In this document: positions 28,154-37,515 of the stretch, in pieces
How the letters are laid out: each line of letters starts with the position of its first letter
Position numbering within the stretch: the stretch's first letter is position 1
Assembly: GCA_964402895.1 (NCBI GenBank)
Contig: CAYODR010000002.1
Span: 41,666 to 105,665, forward strand
DNA: 64,000 bases
Direction of reading: 5' to 3'
Source: an uncultured Candidatus Saccharibacteria bacterium
GTDB lineage: Bacteria; Patescibacteriota; Minisyncoccia; Phycocordibacterales; UBA9973
The notes under the pieces: model-generated
Database searches by the model: none
What the model saw: the letters and a program-made list of their open reading frames with translations, nothing else
Told to the model about the DNA's origin: nothing
Made by a program: the position numbers and the translations under genes

Positions 28154-28192
28154 TAATACTAAATGTGAGTATTATACTCACATTTAGTATTA
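28154..28192. promoter_or_regulatory. 39-bp perfect palindrome (19+1+19) in promoter region of AbiE-like operon
   Basis: taatactaaatgtgagtat t atactcacatttagtatta. Confidence 0.55.
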
Positions 28193-28278
28193 TGAGAAAA
28201 GATACAATATTAAAAAATACTTATGTCTAAAAACACTAGTTTTGAATTTTAAAATTCATTTTTTATAAAAAGGGTAGG

Positions 28279-28388
28279 TCCTCCGCAAACTCTCTTCTGT
28301 GCAGACTTGCGGAGCACGACTGGTGCGAGCACAGGAATTTTTTAGCAAAAAAATATCCGTGTCTGTACAGAAGAGAGTTTGCGGAGGA
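28279..28388. repeat. 28-bp inverted repeat (1 mismatch) flanking 54-nt spacer
   Basis: tcctccgcaaactctcttctgtgcagac ... gtctgtacagaagagagtttgcggagga; GC-richer than surroundings. Confidence 0.7.
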
Positions 28389-28415
28389 ATTCTTTCTAAT
28401 TTTAATTATTTAAAA

Positions 28416-28440
28416 AACCGCTCCAGCGGTTTTTTAAATA
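28416..28440 (-). terminator. terminator downstream of map
   Basis: aaaaaaccgctccagcggttttttaaa. Confidence 0.6.
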
Positions 28441-29201
28441 ATAGTGAGTACTTCAGGATATCCATCTTCTTTAATGAGAACAGTATGTTCAAAATGAGCA
28501 CTTTTTGAATTATCTGTTGTTTTAAGAGTATATCCATCATCAAGCATGATGAAGTCTTCGCTACCACGAGAAAGCATTGGCTCTATTGCTATAGCCATCC
28601 CCGGTCGAAGTTTATCACCTCGTCCCTTCTTACCATAATTCGGCACATACGGATCTTCGTGTATCTCTCTACCTACTCCATGCCCCGAAAGCCCGCGCAT
28701 AATACCAAGTCTATGTGGCTTTACATATTGCTCCACTGCATATCCAATATCTCCAATAGTTGCTCCTGGTACAATAGCTGAAATAGCTTCATCAAGCGCA
28801 CCCTTAGTGATAGAGATGAGATGTTTATCTTTACTACTTATTTCTCCTACTCCAACTGTGATTGCATGATCTAAAAATACATTTTTATATTTTAATCCCA
28901 AATCAAGAGCAATAACATCTCCTTCTTTAAGAGCATAATCAGATGGAATACCGTGCACCACCTCACTATTTACTGAAGTAATGAGTGTAGCAGGATATGG
29001 CCTATCTGCCCCATCGGGTTTGTAATTTAAAAATGCCGGAGTACAATCAGCTTCATTGATAAGTTTGAAAGCAATATCATCAAGTTCTTTTGTAGTAATC
29101 CCCACCCTTACATGTGTTGCCACATCAGACAAAATACGCGCAAGGACTTTACCTCCTTCACGCATTTTTTCTATTTCTTCTTTTGTTTTAATTATAATCA
29201 T
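28434..29201 (-). CDS. map: type I methionine aminopeptidase
   Basis: 255 aa; metal ligands in DLG..Y, HG.GH, EPM motifs; follows adk as in spc operon. Confidence 0.9.
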   Translation of the reverse strand: MIIIKTKEEIEKMREGGKVLARILSDVATHVRVGITTKELDDIAFKLINEADCTPAFLNYKPDGADRPYPATLITSVNSEVVHGIPSDYALKEGDVIALDLGLKYKNVFLDHAITVGVGEISSKDKHLISITKGALDEAISAIVPGATIGDIGYAVEQYVKPHRLGIMRGLSGHGVGREIHEDPYVPNYGKKGRGDKLRPGMAIAIEPMLSRGSEDFIMLDDGYTLKTTDNSKSAHFEHTVLIKEDGYPEVLTII

Positions 29202-29839
29202 AAAATATCTTTAAAACTTTTTCTTTGTTCTACTTCTTCTTTCCATTTGTTTAGTCCGATAGAATAAGCTATATCATTGTGTACCTCTTCTATAGTTTGC
29301 TCTCCGTATATATCATGTGTAGTTATAAGCGGACTCTCTCTAAGCATATCTATTGCAGGTTGTACGCTAGTATGAAACCACCTAATACGAGACCATATAT
29401 CTTCATCTGGAGCCTTATCATCTACTCTACCGCGAATCTTGATATGATCATATGCCCACTCATCACTTACAGATAAATTGATAACATGTGCTTTCCAACC
29501 ATAAAATTTGATAGCTGAAAGTAAAAGTGGTACTTCTGTAGTCTTTCTGGGTGTACCGTCCATAAAGACAAGACCAGTGCCAGTGTATCCTTCTATGAGA
29601 CTAGATGCCCACATATGAACACCCAGAAAAGATGGTGATAATTTACCTGTATTTACGATATCACGAAGTCTTCTCCCCGTATATGAATCTGTATCTACAA
29701 GTGCACGAAACTTTTTTCCAGTCTCAGCAATAAATACAGCCTTTGTAGGATCTATTTCTTTTATTTTCTTTTCAAGCAAGGCAACCTGAGTTCCTTTTCC
29801 TGCTCCACTTCTTCCTACAAAAATATATACACCATCCAT
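29198..29839 (-). CDS. adk: adenylate kinase-like protein
   Basis: P-loop GRSGAGKGTQ; between secY and map (conserved position). Confidence 0.7.
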   Translation of the reverse strand: MDGVYIFVGRSGAGKGTQVALLEKKIKEIDPTKAVFIAETGKKFRALVDTDSYTGRRLRDIVNTGKLSPSFLGVHMWASSLIEGYTGTGLVFMDGTPRKTTEVPLLLSAIKFYGWKAHVINLSVSDEWAYDHIKIRGRVDDKAPDEDIWSRIRWFHTSVQPAIDMLRESPLITTHDIYGEQTIEEVHNDIAYSIGLNKWKEEVEQRKSFKDIL

Positions 29840-29862
29840 GGTGTATATATTATAACAATATT

Positions 29863-31134
29863 TTAGTATTCTTGCATTGAGACCTGAGCGTCTATTCTGC
29901 GGATAAGATCAATCACTACAGATACTGTAATAAGTAGTGATGTACCTCCGACAGCAAAGGCTGTAATACCTGTCATATTTTGAACTATGATAGGCAGTAC
30001 CGCCACAATACCTAGAAAGATTGAACCGACAAGTGTAATGCGAGTCACTACATTTGCTAAGAACAATCTAGTAGGGTCTCCTGGTCTAACACCCGGGACA
30101 AATGCGCCATTCTTTTGAAGATTTGTTGCGATTTGTTTTGGATCAAAAGTTATTGCTGTATAGAAGTATGTAAAGAATACAACTAAAGCAAAGTAAACGA
30201 TTCCATAAGACCATTGATTTTGTAGGAAAGACCCCACAGCCTGAGCAATATTTAATATCACTGGTGAAGAAGAGTTTTGTAGAATCGTCACCAAAAATTG
30301 AGGAAATACGAGCATAGAAGATGCGAAGATGATAGGCATCACACCTGCTTGAGTAAGTCTAAGTGGAATATATGTATCACTGCCACCAAGCTGACGAATA
30401 CCACGAACCTGTCTTGCGTAAGTTACCCCTACCGGTCTTTCTGCTTCATAAATATATACTACTCCTGCGATAACTATCAGACCAATAGCAAAGTATGCAA
30501 GTGCCATCGGAATCTGATCTACTGTGAAAGTAAATAAGAATTGTGAAATACTAGTTGGAAGAGATGCAATAATTCCTCCCATAATAAGAAGTGAAACACC
30601 ATTACCAATACCATATTCATTGATAAGCTCACCGAGCCACATCAAAAGCACAGATCCAGCTGTAATGATTAAGATATTTACAATCATAGCGCTCATAGAC
30701 AGCGCGCCAATTGCACCTTGAGTTTGAAGAAACTTCAAAAATGCAAAAGATTGAACTAGTGAGATAGGGACTGAAAGAAGTCTAGTATACTGACCGAATT
30801 TCTTTCTACCAATTTCTCCACTTTCTTGCATAAGCTCTTTTAGAGATGGAGTCATCATACCCATCACCTGCATTATGATAGATGCAGTAATGTAAGGACT
30901 CACACCAAGCATTACGATAGAGAAAGAAGAAAGTCCTCCCCCGGTTAAAGTACTAAACAAACTTAGAAGTTGGTTATTCGCCAAAAATTCTGAAAGCTGT
31001 GTAGTGTTTACTCCAGGTACAGGAATTGTTCCAAGAAATCGAAAAATAACCAGTATAAAAACTACAAACAATACGCGATTGCGAAGTGATTTATCTGTAA
31101 ATACTGTTTTAATTTTTCTAAAAAAACTGTTCAT
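29863..31134 (-). CDS. secY: preprotein translocase subunit SecY
   Basis: 423 aa, 10 TM, follows rplO. Confidence 0.9.
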   Translation of the reverse strand: MNSFFRKIKTVFTDKSLRNRVLFVVFILVIFRFLGTIPVPGVNTTQLSEFLANNQLLSLFSTLTGGGLSSFSIVMLGVSPYITASIIMQVMGMMTPSLKELMQESGEIGRKKFGQYTRLLSVPISLVQSFAFLKFLQTQGAIGALSMSAMIVNILIITAGSVLLMWLGELINEYGIGNGVSLLIMGGIIASLPTSISQFLFTFTVDQIPMALAYFAIGLIVIAGVVYIYEAERPVGVTYARQVRGIRQLGGSDTYIPLRLTQAGVMPIIFASSMLVFPQFLVTILQNSSSPVILNIAQAVGSFLQNQWSYGIVYFALVVFFTYFYTAITFDPKQIATNLQKNGAFVPGVRPGDPTRLFLANVVTRITLVGSIFLGIVAVLPIIVQNMTGITAFAVGGTSLLITVSVVIDLIRRIDAQVSMQEY

Positions 31135-31138
31135 ATTA

Positions 31139-31579
31139 TTAACCCAATACCTTTCCTCCAGCAGCTTCTACTTTTGCTTTTGCTTTATCAGTGATTTGAC
31201 AATCTCTAATGATTACAGAAGTGTTGATTTCTCCATTTGATAGAATCTTAACTTGAGGATAGTGTCCTTTTACTCTTTTTACAAGACCCGCTTCGAAAAG
31301 AGTCTTTGGAGATACCACTTGATTCTTTTCAAATTTTGCTTCAATTTGACTCACATTCACAGGTGATGGTTTGATAGCAAAGGCTTTGTTGATATTTTTA
31401 CCACGACCGCGAAGCTTTGGAAGCTTTTTGATCATATCTCTAATCTCTGGACGAATCTTATGTCCAGCACGAGCTCTTTGACCTTTTGTACCACGACCAC
31501 TAGTTTTACCTCTAGTTCCGCCACGGCCAACTATTTTTCCTTTTTTATTTGCGTTTGTGCGTTTAATAGTGTGTAACAT
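31139..31579 (-). CDS. rplO: 50S ribosomal protein L15
   Basis: 146 aa; GRGGTRGKTSGRGTKGQ glycine-rich N-terminus. Confidence 0.9.
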   Translation of the reverse strand: MLHTIKRTNANKKGKIVGRGGTRGKTSGRGTKGQRARAGHKIRPEIRDMIKKLPKLRGRGKNINKAFAIKPSPVNVSQIEAKFEKNQVVSPKTLFEAGLVKRVKGHYPQVKILSNGEINTSVIIRDCQITDKAKAKVEAAGGKVLG

Positions 31580-31590
31580 AATTCTACTCC

Positions 31591-32235
31591 TTATTTTTTA
31601 GCTTCAAAATTTTCTGCGGGCTTAGGTGCAGAAAAAATATATTTAGTTGAAATTGGCTCCAGTGCTTTCATTACTGCTCTTGCTGTATTTAACTTGTTTT
31701 TACTTCCAGAAATAACTTTACCAGTTACATCTTTAAGTCCTGCCATAAGAGTGATTTCTCTGATAGCCGCACCTGTTACAAGTCCTTTACCTTTGTTTGG
31801 GAAAAGAATTACTTTACTTGCACAGTATTTTGCACTGATATCATGAGGGATTGAAAAAGCTTCTGTTCTGTTTATTTTGATAGCATTTTTCTTTGCATCT
31901 TTAAGAGCTTTTTGAATAGCAAGTGCTGTATCGTTTCCTTTACCAGTACCTACTCCAACTACTCCAAGGTTTTTGTCTCCAATAACCATTGAAACAGCAA
32001 AACTCATACGACGACCTCCAGCAACCACACGAGTTACTCTACGGATGTCTAAGATTTTATTATCAACTTCTTTTGGACGTTCTTGAAAACGGTTGTCTCC
32101 TCTTTGTGGGCGACCACCTCTTCTGTCTCCTCCCTGACCTTGTCCAGGACCTCTAGAAGAATTGAAGTTTCTTCTAAAACCTGTATTTGCACCTGCTGGT
32201 GCTGTTTTTGTATTTGTATCTGTTGTTGTAGTCAT
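31591..32235 (-). CDS. rpsE: 30S ribosomal protein S5 with ~55-aa RG-rich N-terminal extension
   Basis: Core ...DIRRVTRVVAGGRRMSFAVSMVIGD...GTGKG; L30 gene absent between rpsE and rplO. Confidence 0.9.
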   Translation of the reverse strand: MTTTTDTNTKTAPAGANTGFRRNFNSSRGPGQGQGGDRRGGRPQRGDNRFQERPKEVDNKILDIRRVTRVVAGGRRMSFAVSMVIGDKNLGVVGVGTGKGNDTALAIQKALKDAKKNAIKINRTEAFSIPHDISAKYCASKVILFPNKGKGLVTGAAIREITLMAGLKDVTGKVISGSKNKLNTARAVMKALEPISTKYIFSAPKPAENFEAKK

Positions 32236-32238
32236 ATC

Positions 32239-32586
32239 TTAAAAATTTAATCCTGCTTCTCTTGCAGCATCAGCCAATACTTTGATTCGACCTGTATACT
32301 TGAAACCATTACGATCAAATACTACTGATTTGATACCTTTTTGAGTTGCAAGCTTTGCAATTTCTTTTCCTACTGTTTCAGCATTTTCGATATTTGTACC
32401 TTTTTTACTTTTAATATCACTTGCTGAAGCAAGGGTCATACTGCGAGTATCATCAATCAACTGCACATAAATATGAGCACTTGATCTAAATACAGTCATG
32501 CGTGGACGCTCTTCTGTACCAGAAATTTTAGCACGGATTTTGCGCTTGATACGAAGTTTTTTATCTTGTGTACTTTGTCGTGACAT
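32239..32586 (-). CDS. rplR: 50S ribosomal protein L18
   Basis: 115 aa; operon position; conserved C-terminal region. Confidence 0.9.
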   Translation of the reverse strand: MSRQSTQDKKLRIKRKIRAKISGTEERPRMTVFRSSAHIYVQLIDDTRSMTLASASDIKSKKGTNIENAETVGKEIAKLATQKGIKSVVFDRNGFKYTGRIKVLADAAREAGLNF

Positions 32587-32599
32587 ATATTTATTTTAA

Positions 32600-33133
32600 T
32601 TAAGCGGTTTTCTTACCAGCTTTGCGGCGGATAACCTCGTTATCATATCTAAAACCCTTACCTTTATAAGGTTCTGGTTTTTTGAGTGCGCGCGTTGAAG
32701 CTGCGAATTCTCCGACCTTTTCTTTATCAATACCAGAAATGGTAATATTATTTTTCTCAGCAGTAACTTCTAAACCTTCTGGTATAGATACTACCACAGG
32801 ATGAGAAAAACCAAGAGCAAGATGTAATTCTGTACCCTTAACTTCACTTTTAAAACCTACCCCTTCAAGAATAAGCTTCTTAACATATTTCTGATTTACA
32901 CCAGCAATCATGTTTTTAACATGTGAAGCATAAGTTCCCCAGATTGCACGAGCAAATGGGTCATCACCTTTTTGTGAGAAAGAAATCATTCCTTCTTCTA
33001 TATTGATATTAACTGCATCTCTGAAAGATTTTTCTAGAGTACCAAGAGGTCCTTTAGCACGAAAAATACCATTTTCGTATGAAACTTCTGTTCCTGCTGG
33101 TATTACTATTTGTTGTTTTCCTATTCTACTCAT
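32600..33133 (-). CDS. rplF: 50S ribosomal protein L6
   Basis: Start trimmed to MSRIGKQQIVIP (33133), 5 nt after rpsH stop; longer ORF would overlap rpsH. Confidence 0.85.
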   Translation of the reverse strand: MSRIGKQQIVIPAGTEVSYENGIFRAKGPLGTLEKSFRDAVNINIEEGMISFSQKGDDPFARAIWGTYASHVKNMIAGVNQKYVKKLILEGVGFKSEVKGTELHLALGFSHPVVVSIPEGLEVTAEKNNITISGIDKEKVGEFAASTRALKKPEPYKGKGFRYDNEVIRRKAGKKTA

Positions 33134-33137
33134 AAGC

Positions 33138-33527
33138 CTACCAAATTTTAAATAATACCTCTCCTCCGACCTGTTCTTTCTTTGCTTGCTTATCACTCAA
33201 AATTCCTTTTGGAGTTGATAATACAGTCAAACCATATCCATTTTTAACTGGACGAATTTCTTTTACGCCAGCATAGATACGACGAGAAGGTTTTGAAACA
33301 CGAGCTACGTCGTGAATTTTTGCGCCTTTTTCGTTGTACGCTAGTGCGATTTCAATAACGGGAACGTTATTTTTTTCTGTCTTTTTTGAAACGTTCTCTA
33401 CGAAGCCATGCTCTTTCAAGCATTCTGCAATAGAAAACTTCATCTTTGAAAAAGGTACAACAACACGGTCTTTTGACACCATTGATGCATTTTTCATTGA
33501 TACTAACATGTTTGCGATTGGATCCAT
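33138..33527 (-). CDS. rpsH: 30S ribosomal protein S8
   Basis: 129 aa; MDPIANMLVSMKNA N-terminus typical of S8. Confidence 0.9.
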   Translation of the reverse strand: MDPIANMLVSMKNASMVSKDRVVVPFSKMKFSIAECLKEHGFVENVSKKTEKNNVPVIEIALAYNEKGAKIHDVARVSKPSRRIYAGVKEIRPVKNGYGLTVLSTPKGILSDKQAKKEQVGGEVLFKIW

Positions 33528-33541
33528 ATATTTTTACTTTT

Positions 33542-33727
33542 TTACCAAGAAGACTTGCGAATGCCCGGAATCATGCCCTCATTAGCAAGTTCACGGAAGC
33601 AAATACGACATAGTCCAAAATCACGCATAAAGCCATGTCGACGACCACAGCGGAAGCAGCGATTCACAGCGCGAGTACTATATTTTGGTGCCTTTTGGGC
33701 ACGAGCTATAACTGATTTCTTTGCCAT
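33542..33727 (-). CDS. rpsZ: 30S ribosomal protein S14 type Z (zinc-binding)
   Basis: 61 aa; CxxC...CxxC zinc ribbon (CFRCGR...CRIC). Confidence 0.9.
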   Translation of the reverse strand: MAKKSVIARAQKAPKYSTRAVNRCFRCGRRHGFMRDFGLCRICFRELANEGMIPGIRKSSW

Positions 33728-33978
33728 AATTCTTTTAATTTAAATAATTCTCAATGCAATATCTCACACCCCCTTCTTAGACATCATTAAAAATGAAGAG
33801 AAAGAAAGAAATATGGATTACAAAGAGTGCTAAAATACTAACAAAATAAAGCCTTTTTGTCAATTTGAGAACCTTAAATTATTTTATAAAACAAGAAAAA
33901 TCTATTTTTATTCCAAATGCTCCGTATCTTGCCTATGTATTTGGAAGAGAATGTATTATGTCTTATGTATAAAGAATG

Positions 33979-34797
33979 CTAGGCGGCACAGCGTACATGG
34001 CCGGAACTGGTAGTAGCGCCCCTGTACACACCACCATCAGGGAAATACTGGTTGTAAGCGTAGGAGCTTGCTGACAGAGTAGACGACCAATAACCGTCTG
34101 CAAGGAACCCAAGGTTTGTCGTCTCAGATTCACCTTGCGCTCCATAGTCATTGATAGCTTTTAGTATTTCTATTGATGGAAGTCTCTTGCCTGCTGTAGC
34201 GCATCTGTCCATAGCTACTTGCCAATTAGTAGCACCACCATTATCTGCAGAATCAAGAGTGACAACTCCTGTAGTGTCAACTGCGTAGTGTGTTTCGTTA
34301 AAATATACAGCTACACCGAAGTTCTTAGTCTCAAGAGAATCTGCTGGTATAAAATGTGTAGCTCCAGTACTTGGTACAGAAGCAGTACGTACAATACATC
34401 TAACATTGTTTGCTCCTGCAATACTTGTAAGTGCATCTATCATAGGCTGGATTGACGAATGGTATCCTTGAGGAGTACCTAGGGCTGCATAATTATTTAG
34501 ATTTGAAACTTGTCCGCATAATCCTGCAAAAGTACCATTGTCTAGGTGGTATAGTTGTGCTTGAGTTTGAAAGTTTTTAAGATTTGATTTGATTGCTGCT
34601 ACTCTTCCACTTGTTCTGGCTGAGTTTAAAGATGCGATGACGACTCCTGCAAGGATACCTATGATTGCTATTACTACTAGAAGCTCAATGAGCGTGAAGG
34701 CTTTATTTTTATTATTAAAAATTTTTAGCGCAGAGAAGCTCTTTTTAAAATAGCACCCCCCTATTTGTATTTTTGGATGGAAGGTTAATTTTTTCAT
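33979..34797 (-). CDS. type IV pilin-like protein with C-terminal FGE/CLec-fold DGR variable-region scaffold (paralog of 24547..25338)
   Basis: N-terminal ~115 aa nearly identical to the other copy (MKKLTFHPKIQIGGCYFKKSF...KAFTLIELLVVIAIIGILAGVV). C-terminal ...GKRLPSIEIL...DGYWSSTLSASSYAYNQYFPDGGVYRGATTSSGHVRCAA. Inserted between rpsZ and rplE. Confidence 0.75.
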   Translation of the reverse strand: MKKLTFHPKIQIGGCYFKKSFSALKIFNNKNKAFTLIELLVVIAIIGILAGVVIASLNSARTSGRVAAIKSNLKNFQTQAQLYHLDNGTFAGLCGQVSNLNNYAALGTPQGYHSSIQPMIDALTSIAGANNVRCIVRTASVPSTGATHFIPADSLETKNFGVAVYFNETHYAVDTTGVVTLDSADNGGATNWQVAMDRCATAGKRLPSIEILKAINDYGAQGESETTNLGFLADGYWSSTLSASSYAYNQYFPDGGVYRGATTSSGHVRCAA

Positions 34798-34851
34798 GTT
34801 TTTATTATAACATTTATATTTTTTTCAACAAAGACAAAATGTAAAAAACAA

Positions 34852-34876
34852 AAAACCGCTTGATGCGGTTTTTTGT
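34852..34876 (-). terminator. terminator downstream of rplE
   Basis: aaaaaaccgcttgatgcggttttttg. Confidence 0.6.
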
Positions 34877-35410
34877 TTAAGCCTCTTTCTTAAAAGGCAT
34901 TCCTAGATATTCAAAGAATTTTGTTGCTTCTGATTTATCTTTTGCACTTGTTACAAGTGTGATAGATAGACCAAATACATCTCTTAAATCTTCATCAGAA
35001 GTTTCTGGGAAGATAGTGTTTTCTTTAATACCCAAAGTCATGTTTCCAATACTGTCTACTGACTTTTTATCAATTCCTCTAAAGTCTTTTGTACGAGGAA
35101 GCGCTATATGAATAAGCTTATCAAGGAAATGAAGCATTCTTGCTCCGCGTAGTGTTACAGTTAGACCGATTGGATCACCCTCACGAATCTTAAAACTTGC
35201 AACTGATTGTTTTGCTACACGAAGAGATGGTTTTTGTCCTGTGATTTTTGCTAGACGGTCAGCGATAAGATTATTTCTTTCTCTGTCCTTTTTCATACCA
35301 CTACCAGTACCACTTGAAACTACGATCTTTAGAAGTTTTGGAGCAGAAAGTTTGTTTTTATAACCGAAAACTGAATTTGTGTTTTCTTGTTTTGTTTTAG
35401 TAATTTGCAT
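34877..35410 (-). CDS. rplE: 50S ribosomal protein L5
   Basis: 177 aa; operon position after rplX. Confidence 0.9.
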   Translation of the reverse strand: MQITKTKQENTNSVFGYKNKLSAPKLLKIVVSSGTGSGMKKDRERNNLIADRLAKITGQKPSLRVAKQSVASFKIREGDPIGLTVTLRGARMLHFLDKLIHIALPRTKDFRGIDKKSVDSIGNMTLGIKENTIFPETSDEDLRDVFGLSITLVTSAKDKSEATKFFEYLGMPFKKEA

Positions 35411-35414
35411 AAGC

Positions 35415-35723
35415 CTATTTTATAGTTTGATTACTTTTCTTTGCAAAACGAACGACCTTTCCGTCTTCAACTCTTTTTCCAATACGTGTTCCTGAGCCTG
35501 ACTTACTATCTACAAGCATTACGTTTGATGCATGGATTGGAGCTTCTACCTCTACAATAGAACCTTGTTGTCCACGAGTACGAGCTTTCATATGTCTTTT
35601 AGTTTTGTTTACTCCATCGATAATAACACGATCTGTATCTCTAAAAACTTTTGCTACTGTACCTTTCTCGCCCTTATTTTTACCTGCGATAACTATTACA
35701 TTGTCTCCTTTCTTGATTTTCAT
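35415..35723 (-). CDS. rplX: 50S ribosomal protein L24
   Basis: MKIKKGDNVIVIAGKNKGEKG KOW motif. Confidence 0.9.
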   Translation of the reverse strand: MKIKKGDNVIVIAGKNKGEKGTVAKVFRDTDRVIIDGVNKTKRHMKARTRGQQGSIVEVEAPIHASNVMLVDSKSGSGTRIGKRVEDGKVVRFAKKSNQTIK

Positions 35724-35734
35724 ATAAAAACTCC

Positions 35735-36106
35735 TTATAGCACTTCTGGTGCAAGTGATGCTATTTTCTGATAACCAAGCTCACCTATTTCTCTAGGTAT
35801 TGGCCCGAATATACGACCTGCTTTTGGTTCTTTCTTAACTTTATCAACTAGAACCACAGCGTTATCATCAAAACGAATGTATGATCCATCTTTTCTTCTA
35901 AATGCTTTCTTTTGGCGCACAACTATACCATATACGATATCTTTTTTCTTTACTGGTTTTCTAGGTTCTGCCACCTTTACTGATAGTACAACCTTATCAC
36001 CAATCTGTGCATAACGACGCTTTGATCCACCTAGAACCTTAAAAATCTTGCCGATTTTACCGCCACCGTTGTCTGTTATTTTTACTACTGTTCCTGCTTG
36101 TAACAT
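35735..36106 (-). CDS. rplN: 50S ribosomal protein L14
   Basis: 123 aa; MLQAGTVVKITDNGG... ; operon position. Confidence 0.9.
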   Translation of the reverse strand: MLQAGTVVKITDNGGGKIGKIFKVLGGSKRRYAQIGDKVVLSVKVAEPRKPVKKKDIVYGIVVRQKKAFRRKDGSYIRFDDNAVVLVDKVKKEPKAGRIFGPIPREIGELGYQKIASLAPEVL

Positions 36107-36112
36107 AATCCT

Positions 36113-36355
36113 TTATTTAATGATAGTAAATCTTTTATCTTTTGAGATAGGACGACCTTCTTGAATAGACACCTTATCACCAATCTTAGAAGCATTATCT
36201 TCGTTATGTGCTTTATATTTTTTAGTTATTTTAAAATACTTTTGGTATTTTGGGTGCTTCACAAAACGAGTTACTGCAACAACAGCTGTTTTATCCATTT
36301 TATCTGAAACAACTGTTCCATTTAGTATTCTTTTGTTATTTCTATTTGTAGTCAT
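36113..36355 (-). CDS. rpsQ: 30S ribosomal protein S17
   Basis: 80 aa; GTVVSDKMDKTAVVAV...; 44-nt gap to rplP leaves no room for rpmC (L29). Confidence 0.9.
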   Translation of the reverse strand: MTTNRNNKRILNGTVVSDKMDKTAVVAVTRFVKHPKYQKYFKITKKYKAHNEDNASKIGDKVSIQEGRPISKDKRFTIIK

Positions 36356-36399
36356 AATTAAGTATTTTTATAGTACTTGTTTTTTGTATTTTGGCAAGC

Positions 36400-36816
36400 C
36401 TAAACACGAGAAACAACGCGTGTTTTGATTGGTAATTTTGTGCCAGCTTTTCTCAAAGCTTCTCTTGCAACAGCCTCATCGACACCATCAACTTCAAAGA
36501 TAATACGACCAGGAAGAACTTCTACATGGTAGCCTTCCAAATCACCCTTACCTTTACCCATCGGTTGTTCAGCTGGTTTTGTTGTAAATGGTCTATCAGG
36601 AAAAATCCTGATCCACATCTTACCTATTTTTGTAAGATGACGATTTGCCGCCTTACGAGCTGCCTCTATTTGGTTTGATGTCACACGTCCTAGTGTTTCG
36701 GCTTTTAAACCAAATGAACCAAAGTTTATTTCAGTCCCACGAGCAGCCACACGATTAGTCATATCGGTGCGCTTCTTTTGCCATTTTCTGAATTTTACTT
36801 TCTTTGGAAATAACAT
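36400..36816 (-). CDS. rplP: 50S ribosomal protein L16
   Basis: 138 aa; [16 protein letters not shown]. Confidence 0.9.
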   Translation of the reverse strand: MLFPKKVKFRKWQKKRTDMTNRVAARGTEINFGSFGLKAETLGRVTSNQIEAARKAANRHLTKIGKMWIRIFPDRPFTTKPAEQPMGKGKGDLEGYHVEVLPGRIIFEVDGVDEAVAREALRKAGTKLPIKTRVVSRV

Positions 36817-36826
36817 AAATTAACTC

Positions 36827-37504
36827 TTACTTTTTAGCTTCTTTGCTATCATTAAATACTTGACCTTTATAAATCCAAACCTTGATACCGATACCTCCGT
36901 ATGCAAGTCTTGCTGTCTCTCTTGCATAATCAATATCTGCACGAATTGTCTGAAGTGGAATAGAACCACGCTTTAGCTCTTCTGAACGAGCAATTTCTGC
37001 TCCTCCAAGACGACCTCCAACATAGAATTTTACTCCTTGAACACCACGAACAGCCATAACTTTTTCAATGATAGTTTTCATGACTCTTCTATAAGGCATT
37101 CTTTTTTCTAGTCCTTCTGCAATCATATACGCTACGATTTTTGCATCAGCATCTGGATTTGCTACTTCTACTATTTCAAGTTTGAGTTCATCCGCTGATA
37201 CATTTAAGTCTGCGCGCTTTAAAATTTTAAGAAGATCTGTTTTAAGTTTTGTCGCTCCTTCACCAGATCTACCAATAACCATTCCTGGTCTTGATGTTCT
37301 GATAATAACACGAATAGACTTTTGATCGCGTTCTATTTCTACGCTTGAAACATAAAAACCACGAAGCTTCTTGTCTAAATACTCTCTGATAGTTACATCT
37401 ACTGAGAGATTGTTTACATAATTTTTATCGGTAGCAAACCAGCGAGACTTCCAGTCACGGAGGATTACTAAACGATGTGAATAAGGGTGTACTACTTTTG
37501 TCAT
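36827..37504 (-). CDS. rpsC: 30S ribosomal protein S3
   Basis: 225 aa; KH domain GRSGEGATKLK. Confidence 0.9.
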   Translation of the reverse strand: MTKVVHPYSHRLVILRDWKSRWFATDKNYVNNLSVDVTIREYLDKKLRGFYVSSVEIERDQKSIRVIIRTSRPGMVIGRSGEGATKLKTDLLKILKRADLNVSADELKLEIVEVANPDADAKIVAYMIAEGLEKRMPYRRVMKTIIEKVMAVRGVQGVKFYVGGRLGGAEIARSEELKRGSIPLQTIRADIDYARETARLAYGGIGIKVWIYKGQVFNDSKEAKK

Positions 37505-37515
37505 ACTTCTTTAAA

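Noticed and set aside
28299-28508. 69-aa plus-strand ORF
   Set aside because: It lies entirely within the 28-bp inverted-repeat element and the map terminator. It is spurious.
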